In this document: positions 17,652-29,146 of the stretch, in pieces
Position numbering within the stretch: position 1 is the stretch's first letter
How the letters are laid out: each line of letters opens with the position of its first letter
IMG/VR virus record: IMGVR_UViG_3300042520_002054
Span: 56,709-120,708 of that record
Strand: one strand, 5' to 3'
Length of the DNA stretch: 64,000 nt
Source: a virus
The notes under the pieces: model-generated
What the model was told of the DNA's origin: nothing
Database searches by the model: none
The model's input: the letters and a program-made list of their open reading frames with translations, nothing else
Translations under genes and position numbers: made by a program

Positions 17652-18455
17652 TTAAAATTCACTTGAACTAGCACCACATCCTCCTAAACAAGGACTGTAC
17701 TGATGATCAAGATTAGAATAACCTGCTGCAAAATTTACACAACAGTCAATAGGTTGACCAGCATATCTAGCATATCCTGAAACTGACACGCCGTCACAAG
17801 TATATCCTTCGTAATAACCAGCTGCTTGGGCAAATGCTGTAAAGCATGTTTCAGTAGGTGCACCACATCCACAGTTAGGTGAATTTGATTGTACAAGTAC
17901 CGCATAAACATTACAACTAGCATCATAATATCTTTCATAATAATCACAACCGCTACAATATGTAGACGCTAAAGTACCGCTTGCAGGACAAGTTGTTACA
18001 GTAACTACATTACTATAACTAGAATACTGACCAGTTCCTCCACAAACAATTCTAGCTCTAAAGAGATAGGTTGTTGAAGGAGATAAACTATAAACATATT
18101 TAGTTGTCACACAACCCTGATTAGCTTCTTGAGTCCATGTTTGTCCTCCATTGGAACTGTATTGCACCTCCATTGCGTTACAGTTGGAATGACTTATGTA
18201 AAGAATAGCACTAGTGCTTGTTCTGTCAGTTCCGGTAATAGTAGGAGCATTACACCCTGCTGCTGAGTGGTTATAGCAGTGCCATTCACTCATTGCTGCT
18301 GGATTAGAAGGGTTGGGTCTTGATGCAGAATTAGAATTAATTGCACCATAATCACCATTCTCAGCTGCATCAAGAGAGATTGTTGCAGAAGCAGATCTGT
18401 TTAACTCAGAATTAATCTGAGACATTTTAATTTCTCCTGAACAAGGTAACGCCAT
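17652..18455 (-). CDS. Fibre-tip/adhesin-like protein with FN3 domain and Cys-rich C-terminus
   Basis: MALP.SG.I.MS.IN.EL N-terminus of the type seen after phage fibre genes; FN3 signature LSPSTTYLFRAR...YSNVVTVTT; 18 Cys. Confidence 0.6.
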   Translation of the reverse strand: MALPCSGEIKMSQINSELNRSASATISLDAAENGDYGAINSNSASRPNPSNPAAMSEWHCYNHSAAGCNAPTITGTDRTSTSAILYISHSNCNAMEVQYSSNGGQTWTQEANQGCVTTKYVYSLSPSTTYLFRARIVCGGTGQYSSYSNVVTVTTCPASGTLASTYCSGCDYYERYYDASCNVYAVLVQSNSPNCGCGAPTETCFTAFAQAAGYYEGYTCDGVSVSGYARYAGQPIDCCVNFAAGYSNLDHQYSPCLGGCGASSSEF

Positions 18456-18458
18456 AGC

Positions 18459-21400
18459 TTATACTAACTTAGATTTAAGTTGATCAATTTCTTTTTGTTG
18501 CTCTTTGATTGCTTCAATCAGAAGACCTACTATGTTACCGTATTTTACACCATACTCATCAACATCAGCAGCATAAGTTACAGCTTCAGGTAGTATTTCA
18601 TTTACTTCTTGAGCAATTACACCAACCTGTCTTCCTTTTTCTGACTCATCAATTTTTGTATAGAATACGCCACGCATTGATTTAACTTTTTCAAGAGCAT
18701 CTTCAATTGTTACAATATCTGTTTTCTTTCTTCTATCAGAGTAAGCAACAATGTCTCCTGTTGCATAAAGACTTCCTGTAACATATACTTTGTAAGAACT
18801 AGAAGTAGTAGAATCACCTAATGCCAAAGAGTTATTTCCTCTATGCCAGTACCACGCCCATCTATCGTGTGTTAAAAGACCACCATTACCACTTTCATGC
18901 ATGTAGTAGTGATTGAAACCAGATGGATCTTGTAAGTTTATACCTCCCCAACCATTTCTACTACCTGTAATTTTCCAAGCACCGTATGAATTATCATTAG
19001 CGTAAAAATGAGCACTATTTGTAGGATTATAATGTCCTTGATGACCTGTAGTTCTTAACCAACCATTTGCGTATACTTCTTGGAAAGTTGGTGAAGCATT
19101 GACTGTGACTGCTTGGTTCATGTGGTATCCGTCAACTGTATCAGCATTACCAGCACTGTCTGCGTATGGTCTATATGAATCTGAGTATATTCTAGACCAT
19201 CCTGACCAAGAAGAACCATCATTTGCATATCTATGATAAAGACCTGCAGAACCACCAAAACCAAGTTGTTGTTGTCTGTGAGAACCTGCAAATCCATACC
19301 AAGGTACAACTGTTAATATAGATACCCAGTAGTCAGAACCTGACATACCCACGGTATCTTTGTCATTAAAATGCCAGCTATTTGCTAATCCATGCCATGA
19401 GTCGGGACTTCTATTACTATGTCTGTAATCATTTGTGCTTCTTACAATATATGACTCACTAGCATAAGCTGCGGAACTTGCGTAGTTTACTGACTGAGAA
19501 CCAATGTTTCCTGAGTCAATAACATCATGCCAAGTACCAGATCCTCTGTATTGCTTAAATCTACCTTCAGCCCAGAAGTTACCACCACCATTTGCATAGT
19601 AATCACCATTTGTAATAATTCGGTAGCTAGTATTAATAGCCTGACCAACACTTAAATAATTAAAATGAGCAGCATCTAATCTAGAAGTACTATTCATATC
19701 TAAATAGTATCCCGTATCATTTCTGTCATAAATTATATAAGTTCTAAAATCATTTGCAAAAGTTGTTCCATATAACTCCTGTCCTCTATTCCATGTTCTT
19801 AATACCCAGTTTCCATCTTCACTTAAAATTCCAATTTCATTACTGTTGTTAGCATAAAAATACCCTCTTACGCTACCACCAGATGTTTCCATTCTTAATG
19901 CTGCAGTACCTGAAGAATCTGCTCTCATTCGCAAATCTCCAGTACCTGCAGGATATATATGCCATCCTGTATTTGACCAATAAATACCGTTATTATTTGT
20001 GTGATTTCTGAACCAACCACCTGTTGTATAAATATCATTTGCTGAAACATTTGCAAATGTTACACCATCAGATGTTCTTACATTTTGATTCATGTTGTAA
20101 GCATATGATGCATTACTTGTATGTAGTACCTGAATAGGAGTGATAGATATTTTCTTATCTCCATTAGGTTCACTTGAATTTGATATACCCGTTACTCTAT
20201 TCCATGAACTACCTCCAGCATCTCTAACATGAACCTGAAATGAGTTCCAGTAAGAACCGCGAGGCCACCAGAATGCAATATTACCATTGTATCTCATCAC
20301 CTTAACAGGACCTGGGAAATAAGATCCATAAGACATTGCTGATACGTTGATAATAGTATCTGCATAGAGATAACCCTGCATGATAAGCTTAAATGGAGAG
20401 TTTGATGAATCATAACTCTTACCTGAAACTTCCATTACAAAAGAGTCTCCAGACCAACCATCTGCATAAATATCTGTAGTTACAAGAGTACCGTTAGGAA
20501 AATCACTTCCTGAATGAACACCTCGTGCTTCTTCAACTAAGTTGTATGCGCTATAACCTTGTAGTGTAGTAACATAGTTTGTCCAGTTAGAACTGTCTAA
20601 AACAGCAGCACTAGTACCACCACCATAAGAGTTTTTATTGACATATGCTGTACCATTCTCCCATCTCCATTGCCAACCATAACCTTGACGATAAAAACCT
20701 GTTTCATTAGAATTCATCATCAACGTTGAACCTGAGTCAAAGTAGATACCGTACCAACCATTACGAGTAGATGTAAGTCTCATTGACCCATAACTACCAG
20801 AGTTGTTAGCATAGATATAGTTACCCTGTCCTCCAGTTTCCATGTAAATCTGATTGACATAATTAATGTCATAAGAGTTCATGTGGAAGTGTCTGGTCCA
20901 GTGTACATATGAGTTATCATTTGTAACATAACGCATAATCTGTGTATCACTTCCAGCATTTCTACCATACAGGTATACAGTATATCCAGAATCCCAGTAC
21001 CAGTGTAGACCGTACCAGTTAGAAGAATCTTCACCAAAATACATGTGAGCATCACCTGAATCATTTGCACCTACATATAAAGTGTCATTTACCCAAGTAG
21101 ATCTACCGTTACCTCTACCAAGCTGAATATTTCCACCATTATCTATTCTAAAGAACGTAGAACCATTGTAATCAGCAATACCATTATGAGGATTTCGGTT
21201 TGCAGTATAAGTTGAATATCCTATATCCAGTTGTGTACCTGAACCATTAGAACCAATTACCCACTGTTTATCAGCTGTGTGATGTGTAAATTGAATTGTT
21301 GGTCCATGTGATCCATTGCTAGTTACAGTATGGTTTAATGTGAGTACAGGGTATTGACCATGTAAATAAACAACAGGTCTAATGTTACCATCAATAAGCG

Positions 21401-23936
21401 TATAGTCAGGACTAGTTGTACCTAGCATTAGTGTAGGTCCATAGTTTCCTGTACTTCCTACTAATCGAGCTGTAGTATTATTACCATGTACAAAATCAAT
21501 GTTTCCAGAAGATGTTGATAATGATAAAGTATTTGATGCATAAACACCACCCCTGTTCCAAGCAGCACCTAGTCTAACTTCTCCAGAGTAACTTTCCGGA
21601 TCATTTATAACAAGGTTTCTAGTACCTCCTAAATATGGAATATTGTTAGTGGATGTCCCAACATTAAAACCATCAACAGTATCTGCATCAAGTCCTGAAC
21701 CAGAACCATCATTTCCAGCATGCCAAACAACATTACCATTATAAGACATGTTGCCAGTGTTAGGAATAATAAAATCTGTACCACCGGTTGTAGTAATACG
21801 CATTCTATTTCCAGACTGCATTCTAAACCAAGTGTCTGTACCATCATAGTTAATAAGAACACGACCTATATATGATGCTGCAAGGTTTGATGTACTATTA
21901 GGATCAACATAGTAAGAAGTATCATTAGAGTCGTAGAAAATAGGTGCTCTAAATGATGAGTTTGCCCAAGCATTACCAGACGCATCCCATCTAAGGTTCC
22001 AATCTACCATGGTGCCATAGTTACCGATACCTATTCTCCAATCATTAGAACCATAGTTACCTATAATACCCCAATAAGTACTTGCGTTATTAAAAGCAAT
22101 ATATGCATTAGAGTTATTCAATCCATCTAATTGAATACCACCAGCAACTTCCATAGATTTTCCAGCACTTCCGTCCCAGAAATATGTGTTATTATTATAA
22201 TCATAAAACACAGCAGCATACATACCTGCTGAAGTAATAACATTAGAACTTGTAGTATTACCTCTTCCTGTTACAGTGGCTAAAGTGTCTGACTCTGATG
22301 TTATACCACCGCTAGGAATTGTAACTGAGTTACCTCCACTAATAGAAAGAGTTGAACCTGATATACTTAATGTTTGGTTATCAGAATCTGTTGTTCTATA
22401 ACCTTGAGCTTGAACCCATGCACGAGTTGCTACAGGATTATTATTAATATAAATATCATTATCACCACTATTTCTGATAGGGAATCTTGCCCAAACTTCA
22501 GAATCCATAGTGGTTCCACTATGATCACGTATTGTATAATTTACACCTGCACAAGATGTCCATGCAGACATATTAATTGTATAAGTCTGAGATCTACCCC
22601 CAGGACCATGCAAACGATAATGCGCACCACCAGATCCACCACCACGTAACCATACAACAACACCTTCACAGTGAGCAAGTTGCATACCTGCAACCATTGT
22701 TGTGTATGTTTCACTAAATTCAATTACACGGATTGATTTATCATTACCACCCCATGCAATATCACCAGCCCATTCAAATGTAAATGTCAAACCTCCCTGG
22801 TGAGAACCAGTTCCAATTGGGTCCCAAGGTGCAGTCCATGAATAACCACGGCTGACGGAATAACGTTGCATTCCGTGACCACCATTCCAGTTATGAATAG
22901 TAACAGGGTAGTATTTGTTTTGATCACCATAAATATAGAAATCTACATAACTGTCTGTTACATAAGCTCTAGGTGCTGCATATGATGCCCAGTTACCTGT
23001 ATTTAATGCAGAAGATATAGGTTGTGCCCATGATGAATAGTTACCACTATCAAGAATTGTATATTGAGTACCACCACCATAAGTACTTCTATGTATATAA
23101 CCAGTACCTTGACTCCAGAAAAGCTGCCAACCGTAATCATTATTATGGAATCCAGATTCATTTGAATTCATCATAAGATTGACATTACTTCCTGTAAATC
23201 TTATACCAGACCATCCATTTTTACTACTAGTAATTTGAAGTGTACCATAACTACCAGAGTTTGGTTGAAGATGAGTACCTACACCAGAACCTTCTAAATA
23301 TAATGAACCAACATAATCTACCGACGCTCCATTCATATGTAAACTCTTATTATTATAAGAACGTACATATGAACTATCAGTCATATGCCAGCCACCAGCA
23401 TATGATTCAAAATAAATACCTGTTGTACCATTAACACGAACCCAATCACCTCTAACATGTAATCCATTGTCAGCATATATTCTACCATCAGCTTCAATAC
23501 TACCATCTGTAAATATGCTTGAAAATCTAGATGTAACGCTATTAGTAGTAAAGTTTAAATAAGTACCATCAAAGTACATACCTCTTCTTGAACCCCAACT
23601 ATTATCGCTACTTAATGACCAGAATCCATTATTTTCTCCCGCAATATAACATCCATCAACAAGAATACCCATTTGACTAGTATTTGGTAAATCTCTACCA
23701 AATACAATCTCACCACCATTAACAGCATAACCACCCCAACGCGATCCAGGAAGTCCTGAACCATACCATCCGCCACCAATAGGAAGATATCTATCATCGT
23801 GTGTATGAGAAGGTAAATCCGCTGATGTCATTGGTGAAGAAGATATGGTACCGTTAGCACTTGTACGTACCATACCCGCTCCGTGACTACTTAGTCTCAG
23901 AGAACCTGCAATTACCGTATTCTGTAAATTTGCCAT
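18459..23936 (-). CDS. Long tail fibre with C-terminal intramolecular chaperone (Peptidase S74)
   Basis: G/S/N/W-rich repeats, HTHDDRY, GWFR-type modules, YSDRRKKTDI...GVIAQEV...Y..IVGLLIEAIKE. Confidence 0.9.
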   Translation of the reverse strand: MANLQNTVIAGSLRLSSHGAGMVRTSANGTISSSPMTSADLPSHTHDDRYLPIGGGWYGSGLPGSRWGGYAVNGGEIVFGRDLPNTSQMGILVDGCYIAGENNGFWSLSSDNSWGSRRGMYFDGTYLNFTTNSVTSRFSSIFTDGSIEADGRIYADNGLHVRGDWVRVNGTTGIYFESYAGGWHMTDSSYVRSYNNKSLHMNGASVDYVGSLYLEGSGVGTHLQPNSGSYGTLQITSSKNGWSGIRFTGSNVNLMMNSNESGFHNNDYGWQLFWSQGTGYIHRSTYGGGTQYTILDSGNYSSWAQPISSALNTGNWASYAAPRAYVTDSYVDFYIYGDQNKYYPVTIHNWNGGHGMQRYSVSRGYSWTAPWDPIGTGSHQGGLTFTFEWAGDIAWGGNDKSIRVIEFSETYTTMVAGMQLAHCEGVVVWLRGGGSGGAHYRLHGPGGRSQTYTINMSAWTSCAGVNYTIRDHSGTTMDSEVWARFPIRNSGDNDIYINNNPVATRAWVQAQGYRTTDSDNQTLSISGSTLSISGGNSVTIPSGGITSESDTLATVTGRGNTTSSNVITSAGMYAAVFYDYNNNTYFWDGSAGKSMEVAGGIQLDGLNNSNAYIAFNNASTYWGIIGNYGSNDWRIGIGNYGTMVDWNLRWDASGNAWANSSFRAPIFYDSNDTSYYVDPNSTSNLAASYIGRVLINYDGTDTWFRMQSGNRMRITTTGGTDFIIPNTGNMSYNGNVVWHAGNDGSGSGLDADTVDGFNVGTSTNNIPYLGGTRNLVINDPESYSGEVRLGAAWNRGGVYASNTLSLSTSSGNIDFVHGNNTTARLVGSTGNYGPTLMLGTTSPDYTLIDGNIRPVVYLHGQYPVLTLNHTVTSNGSHGPTIQFTHHTADKQWVIGSNGSGTQLDIGYSTYTANRNPHNGIADYNGSTFFRIDNGGNIQLGRGNGRSTWVNDTLYVGANDSGDAHMYFGEDSSNWYGLHWYWDSGYTVYLYGRNAGSDTQIMRYVTNDNSYVHWTRHFHMNSYDINYVNQIYMETGGQGNYIYANNSGSYGSMRLTSTRNGWYGIYFDSGSTLMMNSNETGFYRQGYGWQWRWENGTAYVNKNSYGGGTSAAVLDSSNWTNYVTTLQGYSAYNLVEEARGVHSGSDFPNGTLVTTDIYADGWSGDSFVMEVSGKSYDSSNSPFKLIMQGYLYADTIINVSAMSYGSYFPGPVKVMRYNGNIAFWWPRGSYWNSFQVHVRDAGGSSWNRVTGISNSSEPNGDKKISITPIQVLHTSNASYAYNMNQNVRTSDGVTFANVSANDIYTTGGWFRNHTNNNGIYWSNTGWHIYPAGTGDLRMRADSSGTAALRMETSGGSVRGYFYANNSNEIGILSEDGNWVLRTWNRGQELYGTTFANDFRTYIIYDRNDTGYYLDMNSTSRLDAAHFNYLSVGQAINTSYRIITNGDYYANGGGNFWAEGRFKQYRGSGTWHDVIDSGNIGSQSVNYASSAAYASESYIVRSTNDYRHSNRSPDSWHGLANSWHFNDKDTVGMSGSDYWVSILTVVPWYGFAGSHRQQQLGFGGSAGLYHRYANDGSSWSGWSRIYSDSYRPYADSAGNADTVDGYHMNQAVTVNASPTFQEVYANGWLRTTGHQGHYNPTNSAHFYANDNSYGAWKITGSRNGWGGINLQDPSGFNHYYMHESGNGGLLTHDRWAWYWHRGNNSLALGDSTTSSSYKVYVTGSLYATGDIVAYSDRRKKTDIVTIEDALEKVKSMRGVFYTKIDESEKGRQVGVIAQEVNEILPEAVTYAADVDEYGVKYGNIVGLLIEAIKEQQKEIDQLKSKLV

Positions 23937-23939
23937 ATC

Positions 23940-26900
23940 TTATGCGTTCTTTTCTAGTTGGTTAACTTTATCTGTTAATTCTTGTACAGCTTTAATAAGG
24001 ATAGCTGATAACCTTGTGTAGTTGACACCATCAGGATTACCGTCTTTGTCATACTTAACAACTTCCGGATAAAGTGCTGCCACATCTTCTGCTATAAGTC
24101 CAATCTCTTCGATACCGCTTCCTTTTTTATTATATCTTACAGGATTAAGTTTTGCAAAAGCTTCTGAAGAATATTCCAATGACTTAACGTTTTCCTTGTA
24201 TCGAATAGATGAGTTTTCTGTGATAGTACCACCAGCAGTAAAGTTTCCATTGTTATCAAAGACAAATTCATTTGATGTATTAAATCCGAAATCAATAACA
24301 ACTCGATCAGAAGATCCTTCAGGTTTTCCAAAAAATGCCCAATCAAGATTTCCTTCTGTTTGCATCCTCAAACCAACCCAACTATTAGATGTTGTTTCTA
24401 TAGAAACAAGAGCTGGATCAGAAGATTTAATTTTTAAAATACCATATCCACCTTGATGAGCACCATCAAGTGTTAAATAATTTGAAATTGTATCACCTGA
24501 TGTATTTACAAATCTAGAATCAGACTCTGACTCCGTATAGTATCTGTCATCGTGAGTATGACCAGTATTAGATTTTCCTGCAAGAGCTGTACTTAACCAA
24601 CCATTTGTTGTTGAGTAAAAGTCACCACCATTACTAAAGTAAAACTTATCACCATCACCATTTCTATGTAGACCTAATTGTCCGGCATCAGTAGTTACCC
24701 ACCAGTATGCGCCAGTAGTAGAGTTATACCATGACTGAGCGTATCTGTCAGTGTTATATCTAAATGTTACACGAGCATAGTTATGTTGTTCGATATATAC
24801 ATTGTAGTTAGAACCATCTAAGTATAACCAGTTACTAGTTCCATCAGCTCTTCTTAAGTAAAAATGACCTGCATCTAAATACATTCCTCCACCGCTGTTA
24901 ATCTGCATGTGGAGATTATTCCATGGATCTCTGAGGTTTAAGAAGTTACTACCTTTAGTAAATCTGTTATTATCAGTACCATCAGTAATAAGAATATTAG
25001 CATTAACTCTCAGAGCATGTGATGAGTACATTTGACCACCACTTTCATAAAAGTGCGGTCCTGAATCATAAAATAAACCAGTTCCATTAGCAGGATGAAT
25101 CCAGTTATTTACATATAAGTAACCATTAGATGCATATTGTGCAATACGATCTCCTCCACCTGTAGCTGATCTTTCAAATCCATCAAGTAAATCTGCATCA
25201 AGACCAGAACCTGCTCCGTCATTTCCTGAATGCCAAATAGTATTTCCTCTCCAGTATGCTGCTGATGCATTAACCTGGAAGTATAATTCGTTTATTGAAC
25301 CATTGGTTCTGTAAAATCTAAAGTCACCGCTGTGCTGAATTAAAGAAGTTACATCTGTAACAGTAACATTACCTGCAGCATCATTAGGGATACCACGAAG
25401 AATCATTCCATGGTAATTGTCAGCATATGCTATACGACCGTAACCTCCTTCATTAAATCTAAGTGGACCAGTCATTGTGTCTCCAGATGTATTTACCCAT
25501 ACATCAGAAACTGAAGTAATGTAACCTTGACTCTGTACCCAACTTTGAGTTGCAACAAGGTTTCCGGTCATATAAATGTTACCAGAGCGTTCAACGCGGA
25601 ATACTTCACTACTACCGGTTACACCTTGGAAAAGATAATATCCACTTGAAGAATCTTGCTGAATAGCTTTTATAATAGGTGTTCCCTGCGTACTTGCAGA
25701 AAATGAAACCCATCCTGTAGCATTAACATTTGCAGACAAAGGAATATATAATCCAGCATGATTACCCCATCCGTAAGCTGTATTCCAATTGGAGATAGTA
25801 GTTGAAGTAAAGTTTTCAGATGTCCATATTTGTCTTGAATTCCAACTAGAACTATCAACATTTACATGGACATACATTGCACCATAGTAAGTTGCTTCAA
25901 TTGCAATATTACCAACACTACCACCAGTGTCGTGAGAGACTATCACCTGACCACTGTGACCTGTATAATTTCTAGTATAAGTACCTGCTGCTAAATTATT
26001 TGCCCAACCAGTTGTATTTCCGACGTCTGAAGAAGTTCCTAGCCCACCTCTTGATAAAGAATACCTTGCATCTGATTCAGATTCAGTGTAATACCTGTCA
26101 TCATGATTGTGAGAAGGAAGACTAGTAAGATATCCTTGAGCAGTTACCCAAGATTGTGTAGCAACATTAGCACCACCAATACGCAGATATCCATTATGAT
26201 CAAAACCTCCGTGTCCAACTGTCACAAGTGTATTGACATCTGTACCAGCACGATGTTGAATTGTATTACTAGTAGTATCATCAAATACAAGTGAACCTGT
26301 AAGACGAATTGCGCCTGCTACGTTGAATTTATAACTTGCATGTATATCACCAATACCTACTACTCCACGATCATCAGCAAGATATATATTACCGTATTCA
26401 GAACGAATATGTAATCCTGTTTCATCACCTAAGCCTCTAATATAACCATTTGCTCCATCAGAATAAATAGTAACTCCATCCCAGTTATTTCCTGTATGTA
26501 CTCTGAATGATCCGGCTACTTCAACTCTATCTCCAGTAGAAGGTACTACACCAAAACCTACGTTACCATCAAATACAACATTTTTATTAGCATACCATCT
26601 AAATGTTGGTGTGTTATATGCTGATCCTAAATAACCATAAGTCATGGTATTATTACTACCATAACCACCAATTTGGAAAAGAGATGTTGTATCGTATTCT
26701 TGAAAGTTTAATAATGTTCTTGCCCATCCACCACTAGAGTAATTGGGTTTTCTAAGTACTACATTATCACCATCAAGAATAGTGCTTGCCCATCCTCCTT
26801 GAATTGTTAAAGCACCTGTCATTGTATCACCGCTGGTATTTACCCAGACGTCTGATACAGATGTTAAATATCCCTGAGACTGAACCCAGGTTTGGGTAGC

Positions 26901-29102
26901 TACTTGTGATCCATTTGTATATAGTCTACCGGCTGTATCAAGTGTTAATCTCTTAGTATAGTCACCTTTATATACAATTTGAAAATTACCTGATGAATTA
27001 CTATTGTCATCAGGTGCATCACAGAGTATCCAGTTTTCCCATTCAACACCTTCTCCAAATCCAGAATCAGACATTATAATGTGACCAACACCTGTAATGT
27101 TATCATTCTGCATTTGCAGTTGTCCAACTAACGCAATGCTACCTGATATAGTTGCGCCACCAGACAAATTCAAAGCTCCTGCAAATAGATTATTCCATCT
27201 ATATCCAGAAGTACCTAAAGATGCATTATTTGCTGTAGTTGTACTATTAGGAATAATTGCAGTTCCCTGAAAATGAAAATGGTTCTGATCACCAGAAGGA
27301 TTCAAATAAGCGTTACCTAATCTTAAACCACCTACCTGAATAATATTAGTAGTTGTAGCATTTCTATCTGTTACTGAATCTAATGTATCAGTTTCTGAAT
27401 AAGATGTTAAGTAACCCGCACTTGCGTGGTTACCCCATGAATACGCTGTATTCCAGTTAGATACATTAGTAGATGTAAAGTCACCACTATGCCAGATTCT
27501 TCTAGAAGTATTCCATGTAGTATTATTACCAGAACGCAAATAAAAATCTTCAACTGCTGAAGATGCAGGACCTATAATTTGCCATGCAGCATATCCGTCA
27601 TGCCATCCTTGAATAGTCATTGCTGACCACCAAGTACTACCTCCAGAGTTTAATCCTGGTATTTGGTTAGTAAATTCCCAACTTACACGGTAATCATCAT
27701 AGTCTGTAGGAGTTCTTTGACCACCACGAGTATCTTCAACAATACCTCTAAGTGTAGTTGTAGAAGAACCAGCACTGTTAGCATAGTTAACACTCTGAGA
27801 ACCAATATTACTTGTAGTAATAGCAGTAGACGCTGGCTGATATCCAGCTGTAGCGTGATTACCCCAAGAGTATGCAGTGTTCCAATTTGACTTTTCTGTA
27901 GTTGTAATTGACTTTACATGGGCTGGAACAGTGGGATCAGTTTCTGTAAAACTTGTTAAGTACCCTAACTGATTAAGATCAATATTACCATTAAATGCTG
28001 AACCTATACCTGTAAATTCAAGTATAGAACCAGTAAGTCTAACATTAGAAATATAACCATCCGCTGTAGAAATAGTCCAAGATCTGTTAGCTGACAAATC
28101 ATAACTTACACCATTAATTGTGAGAGTGCGAGTTTGCGGAACTTTTGAAGCAATTGAGTTTGTTACAGTAGTAGCAAAATTAGGATCGTCTCCAAGTGCT
28201 GCTGCTAATTCATTAAGTGTATCAAGAGTTCCTGGGGCAGAGTCTACAAGATTTGCTACTTGTGTATTTACGTAAGTCTGTGTAGCATAACCATTAAGAG
28301 CTGCTGCAGTAATGTATCCAGAATCATTAGTGAACATAGATATGTTACCACTAACATTCTGAAGATTTCTACCGTTAGTAATTACTTGTGTTCCACGGAT
28401 AAAAAGACTTGAGTCTACAAGATCAAACTCAGTACCACCTCTAATGATAAGAGGGTATTTGTCATACGCTGCACCACGCCATTCTTGAACCCAGAATACG
28501 AATCTGTCATTTGTAGTTGCATTATCACGCAACTGAAAAACAAAATCAATTGTGTCAGAAGATGGTTGAATTGCATAGATTCTTGCACCATCATTATTCA
28601 AGGTCCAATCAAATCCTTTTCCTGTTGTAGGAAATACTCCAGCTAAATCCTGGAAAATAAGATCAGCGTTGTTACCAAGTGTAACATTTCCATTAAATGT
28701 AACAGGTGTACTTGTAGAAGCACCTCTAGAAGTTACTGTAGCAAGCGTGTCGCTTTCAGTAGGGATAATTGTAGACAAATCTACACTACCGCCAAAACCG
28801 TTACCTACACCTGTGAACTTTAAACTATTCCCAAGTAATTGAACATTGGAAACATAACTGTCAGAAGTAAGGTAACCCTGTGCTTGCACCCATGCACGGG
28901 TAGCAATTGTATTTGTATCAATAGCAAGCGTAACATCACCAGTACCAGAATCAGCACCAGTGTAAGAAGAAATAGTAATTCCCGTAGAAGGGGTGACAAT
29001 TAATTTACGGATGAGTGCTTTACCCGCTGCGGAAATATTAATATCCGAGCGTTCAATGCTACCATCAGCAATTTGTCTTCCTGTTATTTGTGTACTTGCC
29101 AT
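23940..29102 (-). CDS. Long tail fibre with C-terminal Peptidase S74 chaperone
   Basis: LVDSAPGTLDTLNELAAALGDDPNFATT fibre motif, two HxHDDRYYTESE motifs, three NWNTAYxWGNHA motifs, SSIRYKENV...GLIAEDV. Confidence 0.9.
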   Translation of the reverse strand: MASTQITGRQIADGSIERSDINISAAGKALIRKLIVTPSTGITISSYTGADSGTGDVTLAIDTNTIATRAWVQAQGYLTSDSYVSNVQLLGNSLKFTGVGNGFGGSVDLSTIIPTESDTLATVTSRGASTSTPVTFNGNVTLGNNADLIFQDLAGVFPTTGKGFDWTLNNDGARIYAIQPSSDTIDFVFQLRDNATTNDRFVFWVQEWRGAAYDKYPLIIRGGTEFDLVDSSLFIRGTQVITNGRNLQNVSGNISMFTNDSGYITAAALNGYATQTYVNTQVANLVDSAPGTLDTLNELAAALGDDPNFATTVTNSIASKVPQTRTLTINGVSYDLSANRSWTISTADGYISNVRLTGSILEFTGIGSAFNGNIDLNQLGYLTSFTETDPTVPAHVKSITTTEKSNWNTAYSWGNHATAGYQPASTAITTSNIGSQSVNYANSAGSSTTTLRGIVEDTRGGQRTPTDYDDYRVSWEFTNQIPGLNSGGSTWWSAMTIQGWHDGYAAWQIIGPASSAVEDFYLRSGNNTTWNTSRRIWHSGDFTSTNVSNWNTAYSWGNHASAGYLTSYSETDTLDSVTDRNATTTNIIQVGGLRLGNAYLNPSGDQNHFHFQGTAIIPNSTTTANNASLGTSGYRWNNLFAGALNLSGGATISGSIALVGQLQMQNDNITGVGHIIMSDSGFGEGVEWENWILCDAPDDNSNSSGNFQIVYKGDYTKRLTLDTAGRLYTNGSQVATQTWVQSQGYLTSVSDVWVNTSGDTMTGALTIQGGWASTILDGDNVVLRKPNYSSGGWARTLLNFQEYDTTSLFQIGGYGSNNTMTYGYLGSAYNTPTFRWYANKNVVFDGNVGFGVVPSTGDRVEVAGSFRVHTGNNWDGVTIYSDGANGYIRGLGDETGLHIRSEYGNIYLADDRGVVGIGDIHASYKFNVAGAIRLTGSLVFDDTTSNTIQHRAGTDVNTLVTVGHGGFDHNGYLRIGGANVATQSWVTAQGYLTSLPSHNHDDRYYTESESDARYSLSRGGLGTSSDVGNTTGWANNLAAGTYTRNYTGHSGQVIVSHDTGGSVGNIAIEATYYGAMYVHVNVDSSSWNSRQIWTSENFTSTTISNWNTAYGWGNHAGLYIPLSANVNATGWVSFSASTQGTPIIKAIQQDSSSGYYLFQGVTGSSEVFRVERSGNIYMTGNLVATQSWVQSQGYITSVSDVWVNTSGDTMTGPLRFNEGGYGRIAYADNYHGMILRGIPNDAAGNVTVTDVTSLIQHSGDFRFYRTNGSINELYFQVNASAAYWRGNTIWHSGNDGAGSGLDADLLDGFERSATGGGDRIAQYASNGYLYVNNWIHPANGTGLFYDSGPHFYESGGQMYSSHALRVNANILITDGTDNNRFTKGSNFLNLRDPWNNLHMQINSGGGMYLDAGHFYLRRADGTSNWLYLDGSNYNVYIEQHNYARVTFRYNTDRYAQSWYNSTTGAYWWVTTDAGQLGLHRNGDGDKFYFSNGGDFYSTTNGWLSTALAGKSNTGHTHDDRYYTESESDSRFVNTSGDTISNYLTLDGAHQGGYGILKIKSSDPALVSIETTSNSWVGLRMQTEGNLDWAFFGKPEGSSDRVVIDFGFNTSNEFVFDNNGNFTAGGTITENSSIRYKENVKSLEYSSEAFAKLNPVRYNKKGSGIEEIGLIAEDVAALYPEVVKYDKDGNPDGVNYTRLSAILIKAVQELTDKVNQLEKNA

Positions 29103-29146
29103 CTTTGACCTTAAAATTAACTTTTGACTAAATCAGTCAGAAGCAA

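Noticed and set aside
18459-29102. Diversity-generating retroelement or shufflon acting on the fibres
   Set aside because: No reverse transcriptase or invertase in the window. The repeats examined differ at synonymous sites rather than at adenines only, and no inverted cassettes are visible.
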